This document shows, piece by piece, positions 48,055-58,162 of a stretch of 64,000 nucleotides of DNA (the stretch's first letter is position 1; each line of letters starts with the position of its first letter). The notes beneath the pieces are model-generated. The model had not been told where the DNA came from, did no database searches, and saw only the letters and a program-made list of their open reading frames with translations. The translations under genes were made by a program, and so were the position numbers. This DNA is from Escherichia phage p000y. Location of the stretch: the sequence record MK047718.1; one strand, given 5' to 3'.

Positions 48055-48521
48055 ATTATGATAGATTTTATCCTTGCGATTTTGTGAATGGCCCTGGTTG
48101 CAGGGTCGTTCTTTTCGTTACAGGTTGTTTGCATAAATGCGAAGGGTGTTATAATAAATCAACATGGAATGCTAGAAATGGTATTCAATTCACTGGTGAA
48201 ACACTAGAACAATTAATTGAATGTTTGAATAATGATTATATAGAAGGATTAACTATAACTGGAGGTGACCCTCTTTATCCTGATAACAGAGACGTGATTC
48301 ACTCTGTGGTACAAACTATTAAAAATCTTTATCCCAATAAAAGCATTTGGTTGTGGACAGGATATAAGTTTGAAGATATTAAACAACTAGAAATGCTTAA
48401 ATATGTTGATGTTATTATTGATGGTAAGTATGAGAAAAATCTTCCGACCAAAAAGTTGTGGCGAGGATCAGATAATCAGCGACTTTGGTCAAATACCAAC
48501 GGGGTGTGGAAACATGATTAA
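48051..48521 (+). CDS. nrdG: anaerobic RNR activating enzyme NrdG (radical SAM)
   Basis: 156 aa; Cys cluster GCLHKCEGC. Confidence 0.9.
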   Translation: MNYDRFYPCDFVNGPGCRVVLFVTGCLHKCEGCYNKSTWNARNGIQFTGETLEQLIECLNNDYIEGLTITGGDPLYPDNRDVIHSVVQTIKNLYPNKSIWLWTGYKFEDIKQLEMLKYVDVIIDGKYEKNLPTKKLWRGSDNQRLWSNTNGVWKHD

Positions 48522-48635
48522 ATTGAATTATATTATGGATACTATAAATGATATGATTTTTCATTTTGGTCCAGAATTTTATTCACAGTGTAGTTTAGTG
48601 CTTATCAATGCTTGGTTAACCAATTAAGGGTAAAT

Positions 48636-48851
48636 ATGTATAAATTTCGTAAAGGTTTAGCTGATTTTCTTACAACTGTAACGTTCTTTTTGTTTATGGC
48701 AGTTGGAGCTATTTTTCTTATTCCTTTTACTGTTGTATTTTTCTTGATTAGTTTAATTTCTCCGGAAAAGGGTTTATCCTCCAGCGAATTCAATGAACGT
48801 TTGGACAAAATTACTAATAAACTGAATTCTGTTCTTGATAAAAAGGCTTAA
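48636..48851 (+). CDS. small membrane protein, hypothetical
   Basis: ATG 48636 inside track ORF 48612. Confidence 0.55.
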   Translation: MYKFRKGLADFLTTVTFFLFMAVGAIFLIPFTVVFFLISLISPEKGLSSSEFNERLDKITNKLNSVLDKKA

Positions 48852-48853
48852 TT

Positions 48854-49171
48854 ATGATTAGTTTTGAGCGGTATGTGGTAGAGAGTTGGAAGGGGTTTGA
48901 TATGTTCGGTAATGACTATTATTTTTACGAATGTAGTCTAAATCCTAGTTTTTGGGCTGGACGTGAACGAGATCTCGAAGAAATTAATGCTCGTGCCGAA
49001 TTGTTAGGTGAACTGCCTACGGTTTATTTTACCTTTGATGCATCTGGATTTGTTATCCAGGTTTATTTTCCTGAAGAAAACTCTGGTGAGGATTCTGTTA
49101 ATCCTCCTTATTGGGCTTATCAAGGAATTATTTCTCGTGGAACAAAACTCGAACTTAAAGAACAAGATTGA
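48854..49171 (+). CDS. hypothetical protein
   Basis: 105-aa ORF. Confidence 0.6.
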   Translation: MISFERYVVESWKGFDMFGNDYYFYECSLNPSFWAGRERDLEEINARAELLGELPTVYFTFDASGFVIQVYFPEENSGEDSVNPPYWAYQGIISRGTKLELKEQD

Positions 49172-49460
49172 AATCTATGGCATCCCTGAAGAAGTTGGAC
49201 GTTGTCCAGGATGTTATACTGTTACAAAACTTTTAAAGGAGCTCAATGCTCCTTATACATTTTATAAAGTCCTCACTAATAATGGTAAGATTGAATATGA
49301 CCGTCCTTTAATCGTATCTCTTGCTAAACGTGCAGGATTCACTTCACTTAATATTCGTTATCCTGTCATATTTTTAAATGGTAAGAAACAAAAGAATATT
49401 GCAGAGTTTAAAAAGTCCTTGATTTCATTAGGATACGACTCTGATATCATAGAAGATTGA
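49137..49460 (+). CDS. glutaredoxin/NrdH-like redoxin (CPGC motif); GTG start inferred
   Basis: Redoxin-like IEIYGIPEEVGRCPGCY; no in-frame ATG upstream of the motif; overlaps previous ORF. Confidence 0.5.
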   Translation: MEQNSNLKNKIEIYGIPEEVGRCPGCYTVTKLLKELNAPYTFYKVLTNNGKIEYDRPLIVSLAKRAGFTSLNIRYPVIFLNGKKQKNIAEFKKSLISLGYDSDIIED

Positions 49461-49483
49461 CCAGGTGCCGCCTGGTCTTCTTT
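49461..49483 (+). terminator. rho-independent terminator
   Basis: CCAGG-TGCCG-CCTGG followed by T-rich run. Confidence 0.55.
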
Positions 49484-49803
49484 ATCCCATTTCTAATATA
49501 ATCTATTGGAACCCTCACTTCACTATCTCCTTGTGCCCCTCTCAAATCAAAAATATTTTCATAAAACAGTTTACATCCTCAATAGATGTGTTAAGATTAA
49601 ACCATCTACTATAGAGGAAAATAAAATGACAATTGAAGATAAAGAATTAAGGTCGACCAGTACTATTCTGTCAACGGTAATGCAGTACAGATAACCAGAG
49701 TTTCAAGCCTGGATGTTTGGTACCGTTCAATCAAATATCCAGAAATTGGTGAAATGCTTTGTGACCGTGGTATCTTCTGTTCAATTGCGAAGGAAATTAA
49801 GCC

Positions 49804-50052
49804 ATGATTAGTTTAGACTCAAAGAAAGTTGTTCTAACCCTTAAAGTTAATGACGAGCGACTGGTATTCATTACCATTTCCGATTTACATGTTGAAATTG
49901 CTAATGGCGTCCGTACTTATCAAACGACTAAAACACAATGGGATTATATCCCGATGTTGACGCTTACTCAGCGTTTAGAATCAATCGGTCTTAAAGACCT
50001 TTCAGTAAGTGAAGTGAATTTTATCAAACGTGTCGTATCAATCAACCTCTGA
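49804..50052 (+). CDS. hypothetical protein
   Basis: 82-aa ORF. Confidence 0.6.
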   Translation: MISLDSKKVVLTLKVNDERLVFITISDLHVEIANGVRTYQTTKTQWDYIPMLTLTQRLESIGLKDLSVSEVNFIKRVVSINL

Positions 50053-50059
50053 GGTACTT

Positions 50060-50353
50060 ATGGGTAAAACATATCGTCGTAAAGATTTGAAAGTTCGCGA
50101 TTACGACTATTTTGGTAAGCGTAAAGCTCCTGACGGTGTTAGCCACAAAGACATGGTTGAAAACATTTTCCGCTCAGATAAATGGAAACGTATGAAAGGC
50201 GTTGATTCTGAAGTCAAGAATGAAATGAATCGACAACTCCGCAAAGAAGTTCGTAAGTTGAAAAAAGATGTTTACAGTAAAGAAGAGTATGATTATAATA
50301 CTTCTCATACTGAAGCCAAACGTAAAGCTAACGAATGTTATCGTTACAGTTGA
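50060..50353 (+). CDS. basic hypothetical protein
   Basis: ATG 50060 with GAGGT SD inside track ORF 50030. Confidence 0.6.
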   Translation: MGKTYRRKDLKVRDYDYFGKRKAPDGVSHKDMVENIFRSDKWKRMKGVDSEVKNEMNRQLRKEVRKLKKDVYSKEEYDYNTSHTEAKRKANECYRYS

Positions 50354-50360
50354 GGAAATT

Positions 50361-50495
50361 ATGAATATCAAACGAATGCTTTTTAAGCAGGGATTATATA
50401 CTTTAAATGTTAATCCAAAGGGTGATACAACTAAATGGTCTGTAAATGACTGGATTAAGTTCATCGATGAAAATGGGGCGTGGAACACAAAATGA
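50361..50495 (+). CDS. small hypothetical protein (44 aa)
   Basis: ATG with GAGGAA SD; ATGA-coupled to next gene. Confidence 0.4.
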   Translation: MNIKRMLFKQGLYTLNVNPKGDTTKWSVNDWIKFIDENGAWNTK

Positions 50496-50692
50496 ATCCT
50501 GAAAATATTGTGTCATGGCAACTTCGTGAAGAACGTGCCGAATTCTTTGCCAATATGAAACTCAACGGTGTTGAGGATGAAGACTTTTTACGCTGGTTCT
50601 GGATTTACAAATACAAAGAATGTCAACATGCTGTGCTATTGACTTGTGCAGCTATGTACGAAGGCTGGAAAGGCGCTAAAAAGTTCGGTTAA
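50492..50692 (+). CDS. hypothetical protein
   Basis: ATG 50492 inside track ORF 50480. Confidence 0.55.
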   Translation: MNPENIVSWQLREERAEFFANMKLNGVEDEDFLRWFWIYKYKECQHAVLLTCAAMYEGWKGAKKFG

Positions 50693-50755
50693 TAGTTTAC
50701 AATGGTAGGAAGATAATAACATGTCTTCCTATCGTCTTAAAATGAGGAAAATATC

Positions 50756-50995
50756 GTGGCCCAAGAATTAGATTTTATCAAATTCAAAAAACACCTCGAC
50801 GTTAAAATTGGGGATTCAATTGTTAGGATTGAGTATGACATTTTAACAGATGCTATTACTGTTAGATGTGATGGAAATAGTTTCAGCTTCGATACAACCG
50901 AAAACAAATACCCAATCTATAAAGGCATCTTTGATATGGGTGTTGATATTACTCCGCGTGATACAAATTACTTACTTTTCATGCTTAAAAAATAG
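50756..50995 (+). CDS. hypothetical protein (GTG start)
   Basis: GAGGAA SD then GTG. Confidence 0.5.
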   Translation: MAQELDFIKFKKHLDVKIGDSIVRIEYDILTDAITVRCDGNSFSFDTTENKYPIYKGIFDMGVDITPRDTNYLLFMLKK

Positions 50996-51029
50996 TATAC
51001 AAACTCTTGAGAGATGAGTATAATTCTCT
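50995..51029 (+). promoter_or_regulatory. early promoter (TATACA, 17 nt, TATAAT) with inverted repeat GAGAGA/TCTCTC bracketing the -10; duplicate of cassette at 20522
   Basis: Shares ACAAACTCTTGAGAG...GAGTATAAT...CTCTC...GGATAATAAA with 20522-20565. Confidence 0.6.
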
Positions 51030-51061
51030 CGTTGGATAATAAAATAACCGAGGAAAATAAT

Positions 51062-51394
51062 ATGTCTACTAAAATCAAAAACGTAGTTAATTCTTTCGCT
51101 TTCGATAAAGTTGTTACTCTTCTGGAATCCGGCAATATTGTTACTCCTCAAGTTCTTGACGCGTGGGAATTCCGTCTTTATGAAATCATGCAAAAACACG
51201 ACCAGAAAATTGGACGTAATTCTATTCGTGAAATTCTAGTACAATATATTCTTTCCGAATTTGACGTTGCTGCATTTGGTGTTGAATCTAAAGCTTATCA
51301 GAAACATGAAATCTCTGAAAAAACTATCCGTCGTATGAAAAATCAACGTAAGAAAAAATTCGCTGACTTGAAAATTGTTAAGGCGGTAAAATGA
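51062..51394 (+). CDS. hypothetical protein
   Basis: ATG 51062 with GAGGAA SD inside track ORF 51014. Confidence 0.6.
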   Translation: MSTKIKNVVNSFAFDKVVTLLESGNIVTPQVLDAWEFRLYEIMQKHDQKIGRNSIREILVQYILSEFDVAAFGVESKAYQKHEISEKTIRRMKNQRKKKFADLKIVKAVK

Positions 51395-51618
51395 GCGTAT
51401 TAACAGAAACTTTGATTAATGACCTGCGTCTAGCTGGTTACGAAGTTGGTACAAATAGTCTAGGTCTTCCTCAGATTGAAGGTCCTGGATTTATTCTAGA
51501 ATACGAATTCAAACAATGGTGGTTATATGCTACGGTTGACGATGCGTTGAATATTGATTTCGTTGACCAATTTGATTCGCTGGATGCTGCTCTTGAAGCG
51601 GCAAAGGAACTAGAATGA
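51391..51618 (+). CDS. hypothetical protein
   Basis: 75-aa ORF. Confidence 0.55.
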   Translation: MSVLTETLINDLRLAGYEVGTNSLGLPQIEGPGFILEYEFKQWWLYATVDDALNIDFVDQFDSLDAALEAAKELE

Positions 51619-51884
51619 AATTAACTCGAATCAGTATAACTGAAGAAAAGCTGGGCGAATTTTATGTTGACGAATACATGAAAGTCACGTATTTTCCATT
51701 CGTTAAAGGTGTTGGTTTTTGGGAAACTCATGTATCTCAATTAAACGAAGGCGACTATAACGAAACGCATGAGAACTTTTTAGATTTTCTTTATAATGCC
51801 GGTCTTACTGAGCTTTATATCGATATCCATGAGTTCAAACGTTTAATGGAAAAAGTATTCCAGGCTTATTGTTTGCTCCGATAG
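51615..51884 (+). CDS. hypothetical protein
   Basis: 89-aa ORF. Confidence 0.55.
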   Translation: MKLTRISITEEKLGEFYVDEYMKVTYFPFVKGVGFWETHVSQLNEGDYNETHENFLDFLYNAGLTELYIDIHEFKRLMEKVFQAYCLLR

Positions 51885-51956
51885 TATCTCGTGCTTTAAG
51901 ATAGGTCTCTAAATATTATGATATAATAGACCTATGAATTGAGCCAAGAGGTACTT

Positions 51957-52514
51957 ATGACTGAACAAAAACCTAAAAATAACTATGTGAATAATAAAGA
52001 GCTTCTCGCCGCTATAATCGAGTGGAAAAAGGAGCTCTTAAATAATAAAGACCCAAACAAAATTATTCGTCAGAATGATACCATCGGTTTAGCAATTATG
52101 CTTATCGCCGAAGGCCTGTCCAAACGTTTCAACTTTTCAGGATATACCCAGTCTTGGAAGCAGGAGATGATTGCAGATGGGATTGAAGCCTCTATTAAGG
52201 GACTTCATAATTTCGACGAAACTAAGTACAATAACCCACATGCATACATAACTCGAGCTTGTTTTAATGCTTTTGTCCAACGTATCAAAAAAGAACGTAA
52301 GGAAGTTGCAAAGAAATATAGTTACTTCGTTCATAATGTCTACGACAGTCATGACGATGATATGGTAGCGTTGGTAGATGAAACGTTTATTCAAGACATC
52401 TACGATAAAATGACGCATTATGAAGAATCCGCTTATAAAGCTCCTGGGGCTGAAAAGAAGGAAGTTGTTAGCGATTCGCCTAGTTTGGATTTTTTATATG
52501 AGGATGACAATTGA
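51957..52514 (+). CDS. 55: late-transcription sigma factor gp55
   Basis: 185 aa; [20 protein letters not shown]...[24 protein letters not shown] near-identical to T4 gp55 by recall. Confidence 0.93.
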   Translation: MTEQKPKNNYVNNKELLAAIIEWKKELLNNKDPNKIIRQNDTIGLAIMLIAEGLSKRFNFSGYTQSWKQEMIADGIEASIKGLHNFDETKYNNPHAYITRACFNAFVQRIKKERKEVAKKYSYFVHNVYDSHDDDMVALVDETFIQDIYDKMTHYEESAYKAPGAEKKEVVSDSPSLDFLYEDDN

Positions 52515-52713
52515 CATCTCTAACTACTTAGAAGAACCTTTTGACGAAGCAATCCCTTATTTGGTAAAACTGTTGGGTCGAGAATTTAAAATTAATTTTG
52601 ACATCGACCCTTTGAACCCGCATGACGTGTCATTTTCGATAAATGGGACTCCAGTTGAGTACGAGTTCTGTATTGAAGAGGACGGACGTTTTTATTTTAA
52701 TTTAATGAGATAA
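52498..52713 (+). CDS. hypothetical protein
   Basis: Start uncertain (52498 or 52504); overlaps 3' end of gene 55. Confidence 0.4.
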   Translation: MRMTIDISNYLEEPFDEAIPYLVKLLGREFKINFDIDPLNPHDVSFSINGTPVEYEFCIEEDGRFYFNLMR

Positions 52714-52714
52714 T

Positions 52715-53038
52715 ATGACTACCGAGATTATTGAAAATAAAGAAGCAGAAGATGCAGTAGCTAAAATGCTACAAGAAATCCAAAAGAAAAATGAAGCTGA
52801 AGCACGTAAAAAATCCGAAAAGATTCTTAAAAAGAATCGTTTTGAACTAAACCGTCTTTATGCACATGCTCAAGAAGCAGCAATTCAAAACAACTTCGAA
52901 GCTTACGAATATGCTATTAAGAAATCTCGGGATATTCTACGACAACCGTATAATGACAAGTTAATTAAAATACAGTGGGTTACTACTCGTCAGGCTATTG
53001 AGGACATCATTAATGGCGCTAGTTCAAACAAAGTTTAA
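52715..53038 (+). CDS. hypothetical coiled-coil protein
   Basis: 107-aa ORF. Confidence 0.6.
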   Translation: MTTEIIENKEAEDAVAKMLQEIQKKNEAEARKKSEKILKKNRFELNRLYAHAQEAAIQNNFEAYEYAIKKSRDILRQPYNDKLIKIQWVTTRQAIEDIINGASSNKV

Positions 53039-53219
53039 ACGTCTGAAGCTGAACGCAGGGTTCACCGTTAAATTGGGTGGTCCTCTTTGTGTTAAAATTT
53101 CTGAAAAGGAATATCACGACGGTTCTATTACAGAAATTTGTCCGCCTATTGTAAAGGCAGACCCAAAACAACTCGTGTGGGTTGATTCATTTCAAGTTAA
53201 GAAATGGTGGAAACGATGA
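53013..53219 (+). CDS. hypothetical protein
   Basis: ATG 53013 inside track ORF 52998. Confidence 0.5.
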   Translation: MALVQTKFKRLKLNAGFTVKLGGPLCVKISEKEYHDGSITEICPPIVKADPKQLVWVDSFQVKKWWKR

Positions 53220-53258
53220 GAGAAATCGATTTAGGCATTTTCTGAGAGGTGCTTATGC

Positions 53259-53432
53259 ATGACGAACATCCCGACTTCTGAAAATTTCGATAAAATCCGT
53301 AAAGGCAAAGCAGAAAGAATGAGACGTTTTAAAGAGTCTTATGATAAAGCTAAAGCCGAAGGAACTATTACGTACAAGCCCATTCGATTTAAAAGTTCAA
53401 ATGAGCCTCTGTACGGTGTACTATGTGGATAG
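53259..53432 (+). CDS. small hypothetical protein (57 aa)
   Basis: Below track cutoff; GAGAGGTG SD; followed by terminator. Confidence 0.45.
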   Translation: MTNIPTSENFDKIRKGKAERMRRFKESYDKAKAEGTITYKPIRFKSSNEPLYGVLCG

Positions 53433-53456
53433 GAACTCTTCGGAGTTCCTTTTTTG
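53431..53456 (+). terminator. rho-independent terminator
   Basis: AGGAACTC-TTCG-GAGTTCCT followed by TTTTTT. Confidence 0.7.
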
Positions 53457-53478
53457 CTTTATAAACGGATGATAGAAT
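53455..53478 (+). promoter_or_regulatory. MotA-dependent middle promoter candidate for gene 47 (MotA box TGCTTTA, 11-nt gap, -10 TAGAAT)
   Basis: T4 middle promoter consensus (a/t)(a/t)TGCTT(t/c)A about 12 bp upstream of TAnnnT. Confidence 0.5.
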
Positions 53479-53501
53479 GAATTAACTAATGAGGAAATAA
53501 T

Positions 53502-54521
53502 ATGAAAATTTTGCACTTAGGCGACTTCCATATCGGAGTCAAACAAGACGACCCATGGGTTCAAGATATTCAACGTGATGGTATTCGACAAGCAATTGAA
53601 TACTCTAAGAAACACGGGATTAAAACTTGGATTCAGTACGGTGATTGGTTTGACGTTCGTAAAGCAATAACACATCGTACAATGGAATTCAATCGTGAAA
53701 TCGTTGATATGATTTCTAAAGCAGGCATTCACGTTCATGTCACGATAGGAAACCATGACATGGCGTTTAAGAATACAATAACACCTAACACTGTTTCTGA
53801 ATTGTTAACTCAATTTGAAAACTTTACTATTTACGAGCATCCAACTACTGTAGATTTTGACGGATGTCTGATTGATATCGTTCCATGGATGTGTGAAGAA
53901 AATACAGGTGAAATCTTAGAGCACATCAAGACTTCTTCTGCTGCGTATTGTGTTGGTCACTGGGAACTGAACGGCTTTTATTTCTATAAAGGAATGAAGT
54001 CCCATGGGCTTGAACCTGATTTCTTAAAGACCTATAAACAAGTCTGGTCCGGCCACTTCCACACAATCTCTGAAGCTGCTAACGTCAAATATATTGGGAC
54101 ACCATGGACCCTTACTGCAGGTGACGAGAACGACCCACGTGGATTCTGGGTATTTGACACTGATGTTGAACGTATGGAATTTATTCCTAATGAAACAACA
54201 TGGCATCGACGAATCACTTATCCATTTAAAGGCAAAATCAATTATTCTGATTATACTAATCTAGCCGTACGTGTTATAGTATCAGAAATTGATTCAGAGT
54301 TGACTAAGTTTGAATCTGAACTTGAAAAAGTAGTTCACTCTCTTCGTATGGTTTCTAAAGTTGATAACAGTGTTGAATCTGATGACGACCAGGAAATCGA
54401 GATTAAATCACTTCAAGATATCATTAAAGAATATATTGACGCGATTCCAGATATCTCAGACGAAGACAGAGAAGCGCTGGTCAAATATTCCAACGAACTT
54501 TATATTGAGGCAACACAATGA
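53502..54521 (+). CDS. 47: recombination endonuclease subunit gp47 (Mre11-like)
   Basis: 339 aa as T4 gp47; phosphoesterase motifs GDFH, GNHD, GHWE, GHFH. Confidence 0.93.
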   Translation: MKILHLGDFHIGVKQDDPWVQDIQRDGIRQAIEYSKKHGIKTWIQYGDWFDVRKAITHRTMEFNREIVDMISKAGIHVHVTIGNHDMAFKNTITPNTVSELLTQFENFTIYEHPTTVDFDGCLIDIVPWMCEENTGEILEHIKTSSAAYCVGHWELNGFYFYKGMKSHGLEPDFLKTYKQVWSGHFHTISEAANVKYIGTPWTLTAGDENDPRGFWVFDTDVERMEFIPNETTWHRRITYPFKGKINYSDYTNLAVRVIVSEIDSELTKFESELEKVVHSLRMVSKVDNSVESDDDQEIEIKSLQDIIKEYIDAIPDISDEDREALVKYSNELYIEATQ

Positions 54522-54775
54522 CTTTAGATGAATTTAATAATGCTGGGCTCGGGCTTGAAGTTGAAATAGACGTTAAAGATGATGATGGATTCGAGAACAC
54601 TATCAAGTATTGGATTGAGCCATTACGCGTTGAAGGCAATGAAGTTAAAGCCGTTCATGTCTGTACCGACTGGGCTATTGAATTTAGCTTTAATATAATG
54701 GACAACGATACTCCTAGCTCTATTCTTAAAATGGCTGAAGCGTGTATTGAGGATGCGTATAATGACGAAGACTGA
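54518..54775 (+). CDS. hypothetical protein
   Basis: 85-aa ORF between 47 and 46. Confidence 0.6.
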   Translation: MTLDEFNNAGLGLEVEIDVKDDDGFENTIKYWIEPLRVEGNEVKAVHVCTDWAIEFSFNIMDNDTPSSILKMAEACIEDAYNDED

Positions 54776-55001
54776 CTATGAAATCCATCGTCACGAATTT
54801 AGTATTGGCGACGGTTATATTGGTATCGTTGAATGGACTGAGAATTACGAGGAATCAACTCCTCGTTTCTTTGGAACAATGTATGTTACCTGTGAGTACG
54901 CACCAGGTGTTGTTATGTATGCAGAACTAGATGAATATTTTGCTGATAGAGATGACATGTTAAAATATGTAGAGGACTTCATTCGAAGAGAATACATATG
55001 A
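54762..55001 (+). CDS. hypothetical protein
   Basis: ATG 54762 inside track ORF 54747. Confidence 0.5.
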   Translation: MTKTDYEIHRHEFSIGDGYIGIVEWTENYEESTPRFFGTMYVTCEYAPGVVMYAELDEYFADRDDMLKYVEDFIRREYI

Positions 55002-56686
55002 AATCATTTAAATTAAATCGTGTTCGTTATCAAAACATCATGTCGGTAGGTGGGAATCCTATTGATATCCAATTAGATAAAGTCCAAAAGACATTAATCA
55101 CTGGTAAAAATGGCGGTGGTAAATCTACGATGTTAGAAGCCATTACTTTCGGACTTTTCGGTAAACCATTTCGTGATGTTAAGAAAGGACAAATCATTAA
55201 TAGCACGAACAAGAAAGAGCTCTTAGTTGAGCTTTGGATGGAATTCGATGATAAAAAATACTTCATTAAACGTGGCCAAAAGCCCAATATTTTCGAAATC
55301 TCCGTTGACGGTGTTCGTCTTGATGAATCTGCCAGCAGTCGCGACTTCCAAGAAGAATTTGAACGTAGCATCGGAATGTCATACGCGTCTTTTAAACAGA
55401 TCGTTGTGCTTGGGACGGCAGGGTATACCCCTTTCATGGCTCTTAGCACCCCTGCTCGCAGAAAGCTTGTTGAAGACTTATTAGAAGTTGGAACACTCGC
55501 TGAAATGGATAAAATCAATAAGTCTCAAGTTCGAGAACTTAATTCCCAGGGGCAAGTTCTCGATGCCAAGAAAGATGGTATTATCCAACAAATTAAGATT
55601 TATAACGAGAATATCGAACGTCAAAAGAAATTATCTGGCGATAATGTAGCGCGTCTACAGAATATGTATGACGACCTAGCCAAAGAAGCTCGTTCATTAA
55701 AAGCAGAAATCGAAGAAGCTAATGAGCGACTACTTAATATCGTTCTTGATGAAGACCCTACTGAGGCATTCAATAAGATAGGACAAGAAGCATTCTTGAT
55801 TAAATCTAAAATTGACTCATATAACAAAGTTATTAAGATGTATCATGATGGCGGTACATGTCCTACTTGCGCATCACAGTTGCACCAGGGTGATCCTATT
55901 GTCTCTAAGATTACCGATAAGCTTCATGAATGTAATCACTCATTCGAGCAACTTACCTGCCACAGAGATAATCTGAGTGTCCTAGTGGACGAATATAGAG
56001 CTAATGTTAAGACTAAGCAGGACCTTGCATCTGATATTCGTACCAAGAAACAAGCAATGATTGCCACTATTGATAAAGCTAAGAAAGTTAAAGCTGCAAT
56101 AGAGCAAGCCTCGGCAGAATTTATCGACCATGCCGATGAGATAGCTTTGCTTCAAAAAGAACTTGATAAAATCATTAAAACAAAATCAGATATCGTTCTT
56201 GAAAAATACCATCGTGGTATTATCACAGATATGTTAAAAGATTCTGGTATTAAAGGTGCTATCATTAAAAAATATGTGCCTCTGTTCAACAAGCAGATTA
56301 ACCATTACCTTAAAATCATGGAAGCTGATTACGTGTTTTCTATTGATGAAGAATTCAATGAATCTATAAAATCACGTGGCCGTGAAGAGTTCAGTTATGC
56401 TTCATTTAGTCAAGGTGAAAAGGCACGTATCGATATCGCATTGTTGTTTACATGGCGAGATATTGCTGAAAAAGTTTCCGGTGTTAAAATCAACACGTTG
56501 ATTCTTGATGAGGTTTTTGATGGGGCAGTTGATTCTGAAGCTGTTAAGGCTATAGATACCATTCTTGGAAGTTTACAAAATACTAACGTGTTCATTATCT
56601 CTCATCGAGACCATGACCCTCAACGTTATGGACAACATCTTCAGATGAGTAAAGTTGGACGATTTACTGTGATGACTGTTTCATAA
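54998..56686 (+). CDS. 46: recombination endonuclease subunit gp46 (Rad50-like ATPase)
   Basis: 562 aa; Walker A GKNGGGKST, central coiled coil with CPTC hook, C-terminal signature/Walker B. Confidence 0.93.
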   Translation: MKSFKLNRVRYQNIMSVGGNPIDIQLDKVQKTLITGKNGGGKSTMLEAITFGLFGKPFRDVKKGQIINSTNKKELLVELWMEFDDKKYFIKRGQKPNIFEISVDGVRLDESASSRDFQEEFERSIGMSYASFKQIVVLGTAGYTPFMALSTPARRKLVEDLLEVGTLAEMDKINKSQVRELNSQGQVLDAKKDGIIQQIKIYNENIERQKKLSGDNVARLQNMYDDLAKEARSLKAEIEEANERLLNIVLDEDPTEAFNKIGQEAFLIKSKIDSYNKVIKMYHDGGTCPTCASQLHQGDPIVSKITDKLHECNHSFEQLTCHRDNLSVLVDEYRANVKTKQDLASDIRTKKQAMIATIDKAKKVKAAIEQASAEFIDHADEIALLQKELDKIIKTKSDIVLEKYHRGIITDMLKDSGIKGAIIKKYVPLFNKQINHYLKIMEADYVFSIDEEFNESIKSRGREEFSYASFSQGEKARIDIALLFTWRDIAEKVSGVKINTLILDEVFDGAVDSEAVKAIDTILGSLQNTNVFIISHRDHDPQRYGQHLQMSKVGRFTVMTVS

Positions 56687-56740
56687 ACGCTTTAACACGA
56701 TGTGGTTATAATGACCACATCAAATTAAATGGAGAACAAC

Positions 56741-56929
56741 ATGGAGTATTCAACCGGACAACATCTTCTTGTTGTCCCTGAAATTAAAAAATATGTTTTG
56801 ACCAATACGTTTTCAGGTGAAGAACATATTGTTACTGAACAAATGCTCAAATCTGCTTTTAAAGATGAGTATAATAAAATAATGTCTAATCGCAATTCCG
56901 CATGGACAGTTACTGACTTCTACGAATAA
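56741..56929 (+). CDS. hypothetical protein
   Basis: ATG 56741 after GGAG SD inside track ORF 56729. Confidence 0.55.
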   Translation: MEYSTGQHLLVVPEIKKYVLTNTFSGEEHIVTEQMLKSAFKDEYNKIMSNRNSAWTVTDFYE

Positions 56930-56941
56930 GAGAGAAATAAT

Positions 56942-57358
56942 ATGTTTACTACTGCTAAAGGTTTCACTGCTGCTGATCTGAAAGTTACTTCTATCCGTAC
57001 TGACGCTAACCCGCATAACCATAATCGTGTTCGTAAAGCATGGGTCCTGCATTGTGATGACGCAAGTGCTAAAAAGCTTCAATCTTTGCCACAAGAAACT
57101 CGTTTTATGATTTATGGTTTTATTGATAACGATGTATCTGATATGTGGATTCATCTGATGCGTAAGCACTATAAAGATTCTATTGAAGCCGGTGGAAAAA
57201 TCGTTCTTGATAAAGATGGTTCTGAGCGTCTGGAAGATTTCTACTGTGTTGATGCCGACGAACAATTAATTGCAGCTGGCGAAATTGTTGCTTCTAAAAT
57301 TCCAGAATATATTGAATCACTGCCTGAAGCTATTAAAAAGCAGATGGTTGCTGCATAA
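56942..57358 (+). CDS. rpbA: RNA polymerase binding protein RpbA-like
   Basis: 138 aa immediately upstream of gene 45 as in T4; assigned by synteny and size. Confidence 0.65.
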   Translation: MFTTAKGFTAADLKVTSIRTDANPHNHNRVRKAWVLHCDDASAKKLQSLPQETRFMIYGFIDNDVSDMWIHLMRKHYKDSIEAGGKIVLDKDGSERLEDFYCVDADEQLIAAGEIVASKIPEYIESLPEAIKKQMVAA

Positions 57359-57400
57359 TAAATTTGTTATAAACTTTGAATTGTCTTGAAAGGAAATAAA

Positions 57401-58087
57401 ATGAAACTGTCTAAAGATACTATCGCTATTCTGAAAAACTTTGCCTCTATTAACTCCGGTATTCTGCTGAGTCAAGGTAAATTTATTATGACCCGTGCAG
57501 TTAATGGCACCACTTATGCGGAAGCAAATATCTCTGATGAAATTGATTTTGACGTAGCACTTTATGATTTGAATAGCTTCTTAAGCATTTTGAGTCTAGT
57601 GTCTGACGATGCTGAAATTTCAATGCACACTGATGGCAATATTAAAATTGCAGATACACGTTCCACAGTTTATTGGCCTGCTGCCGACAAGAGCACTATT
57701 GTTTTTCCTAATAAGCCAATTCAATTCCCGGTGGCTTCTGTGATTACTGAAATTAAAGCTGAAGACCTTCAACAATTGCTTCGAGTTTCACGTGGTCTCC
57801 AAATTGATACAATTGCTATTACAAATAAAGATGGTAAAATTGTTATCAATGGTTACAATAAAGTTGAAGATTCTGGCTTGACTCGTCCTAAGTATTCTTT
57901 GACTCTTACCGATTATGATGGTTCTAACAACTTTAACTTCGTAATCAATATGGCTAATATGAAAATCCAGCCAGGTAACTATAAAGTAATGCTGTGGGGA
58001 GCTGGTGATAAAGTTGCAGCCAAGTTTGAAAGCTCTCAAGTAAGTTATGTTATTGCAATGGAAGCCGATTCTACTCACGACTTCTAA
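57401..58087 (+). CDS. 45: sliding clamp gp45
   Basis: 228 aa; MKLSKDTIAILKNFASINSGI... near-identical to T4 gp45 by recall. Confidence 0.95.
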   Translation: MKLSKDTIAILKNFASINSGILLSQGKFIMTRAVNGTTYAEANISDEIDFDVALYDLNSFLSILSLVSDDAEISMHTDGNIKIADTRSTVYWPAADKSTIVFPNKPIQFPVASVITEIKAEDLQQLLRVSRGLQIDTIAITNKDGKIVINGYNKVEDSGLTRPKYSLTLTDYDGSNNFNFVINMANMKIQPGNYKVMLWGAGDKVAAKFESSQVSYVIAMEADSTHDF

Positions 58088-58162
58088 GTCAAAGCTTTAA
58101 GTTTATTGTGATACGATTACGGAGGAGAAATCCTCCAGTTTAATGATAATGAGGAAAATTAC

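Noticed and set aside
49506-49694. 62-aa plus-strand ORF
   Set aside because: Spans a terminator and a degenerate promoter cassette; only the last 22 codons follow an SD, so it is at most a leader peptide.
50696-50725. Promoter-like cassette upstream of the GTG-start gene at 50756
   Set aside because: Has GTTTACA and an inverted repeat but no -10 hexamer at sigma70 spacing (spacer 10 or 15 nt), so not called as a functional promoter.
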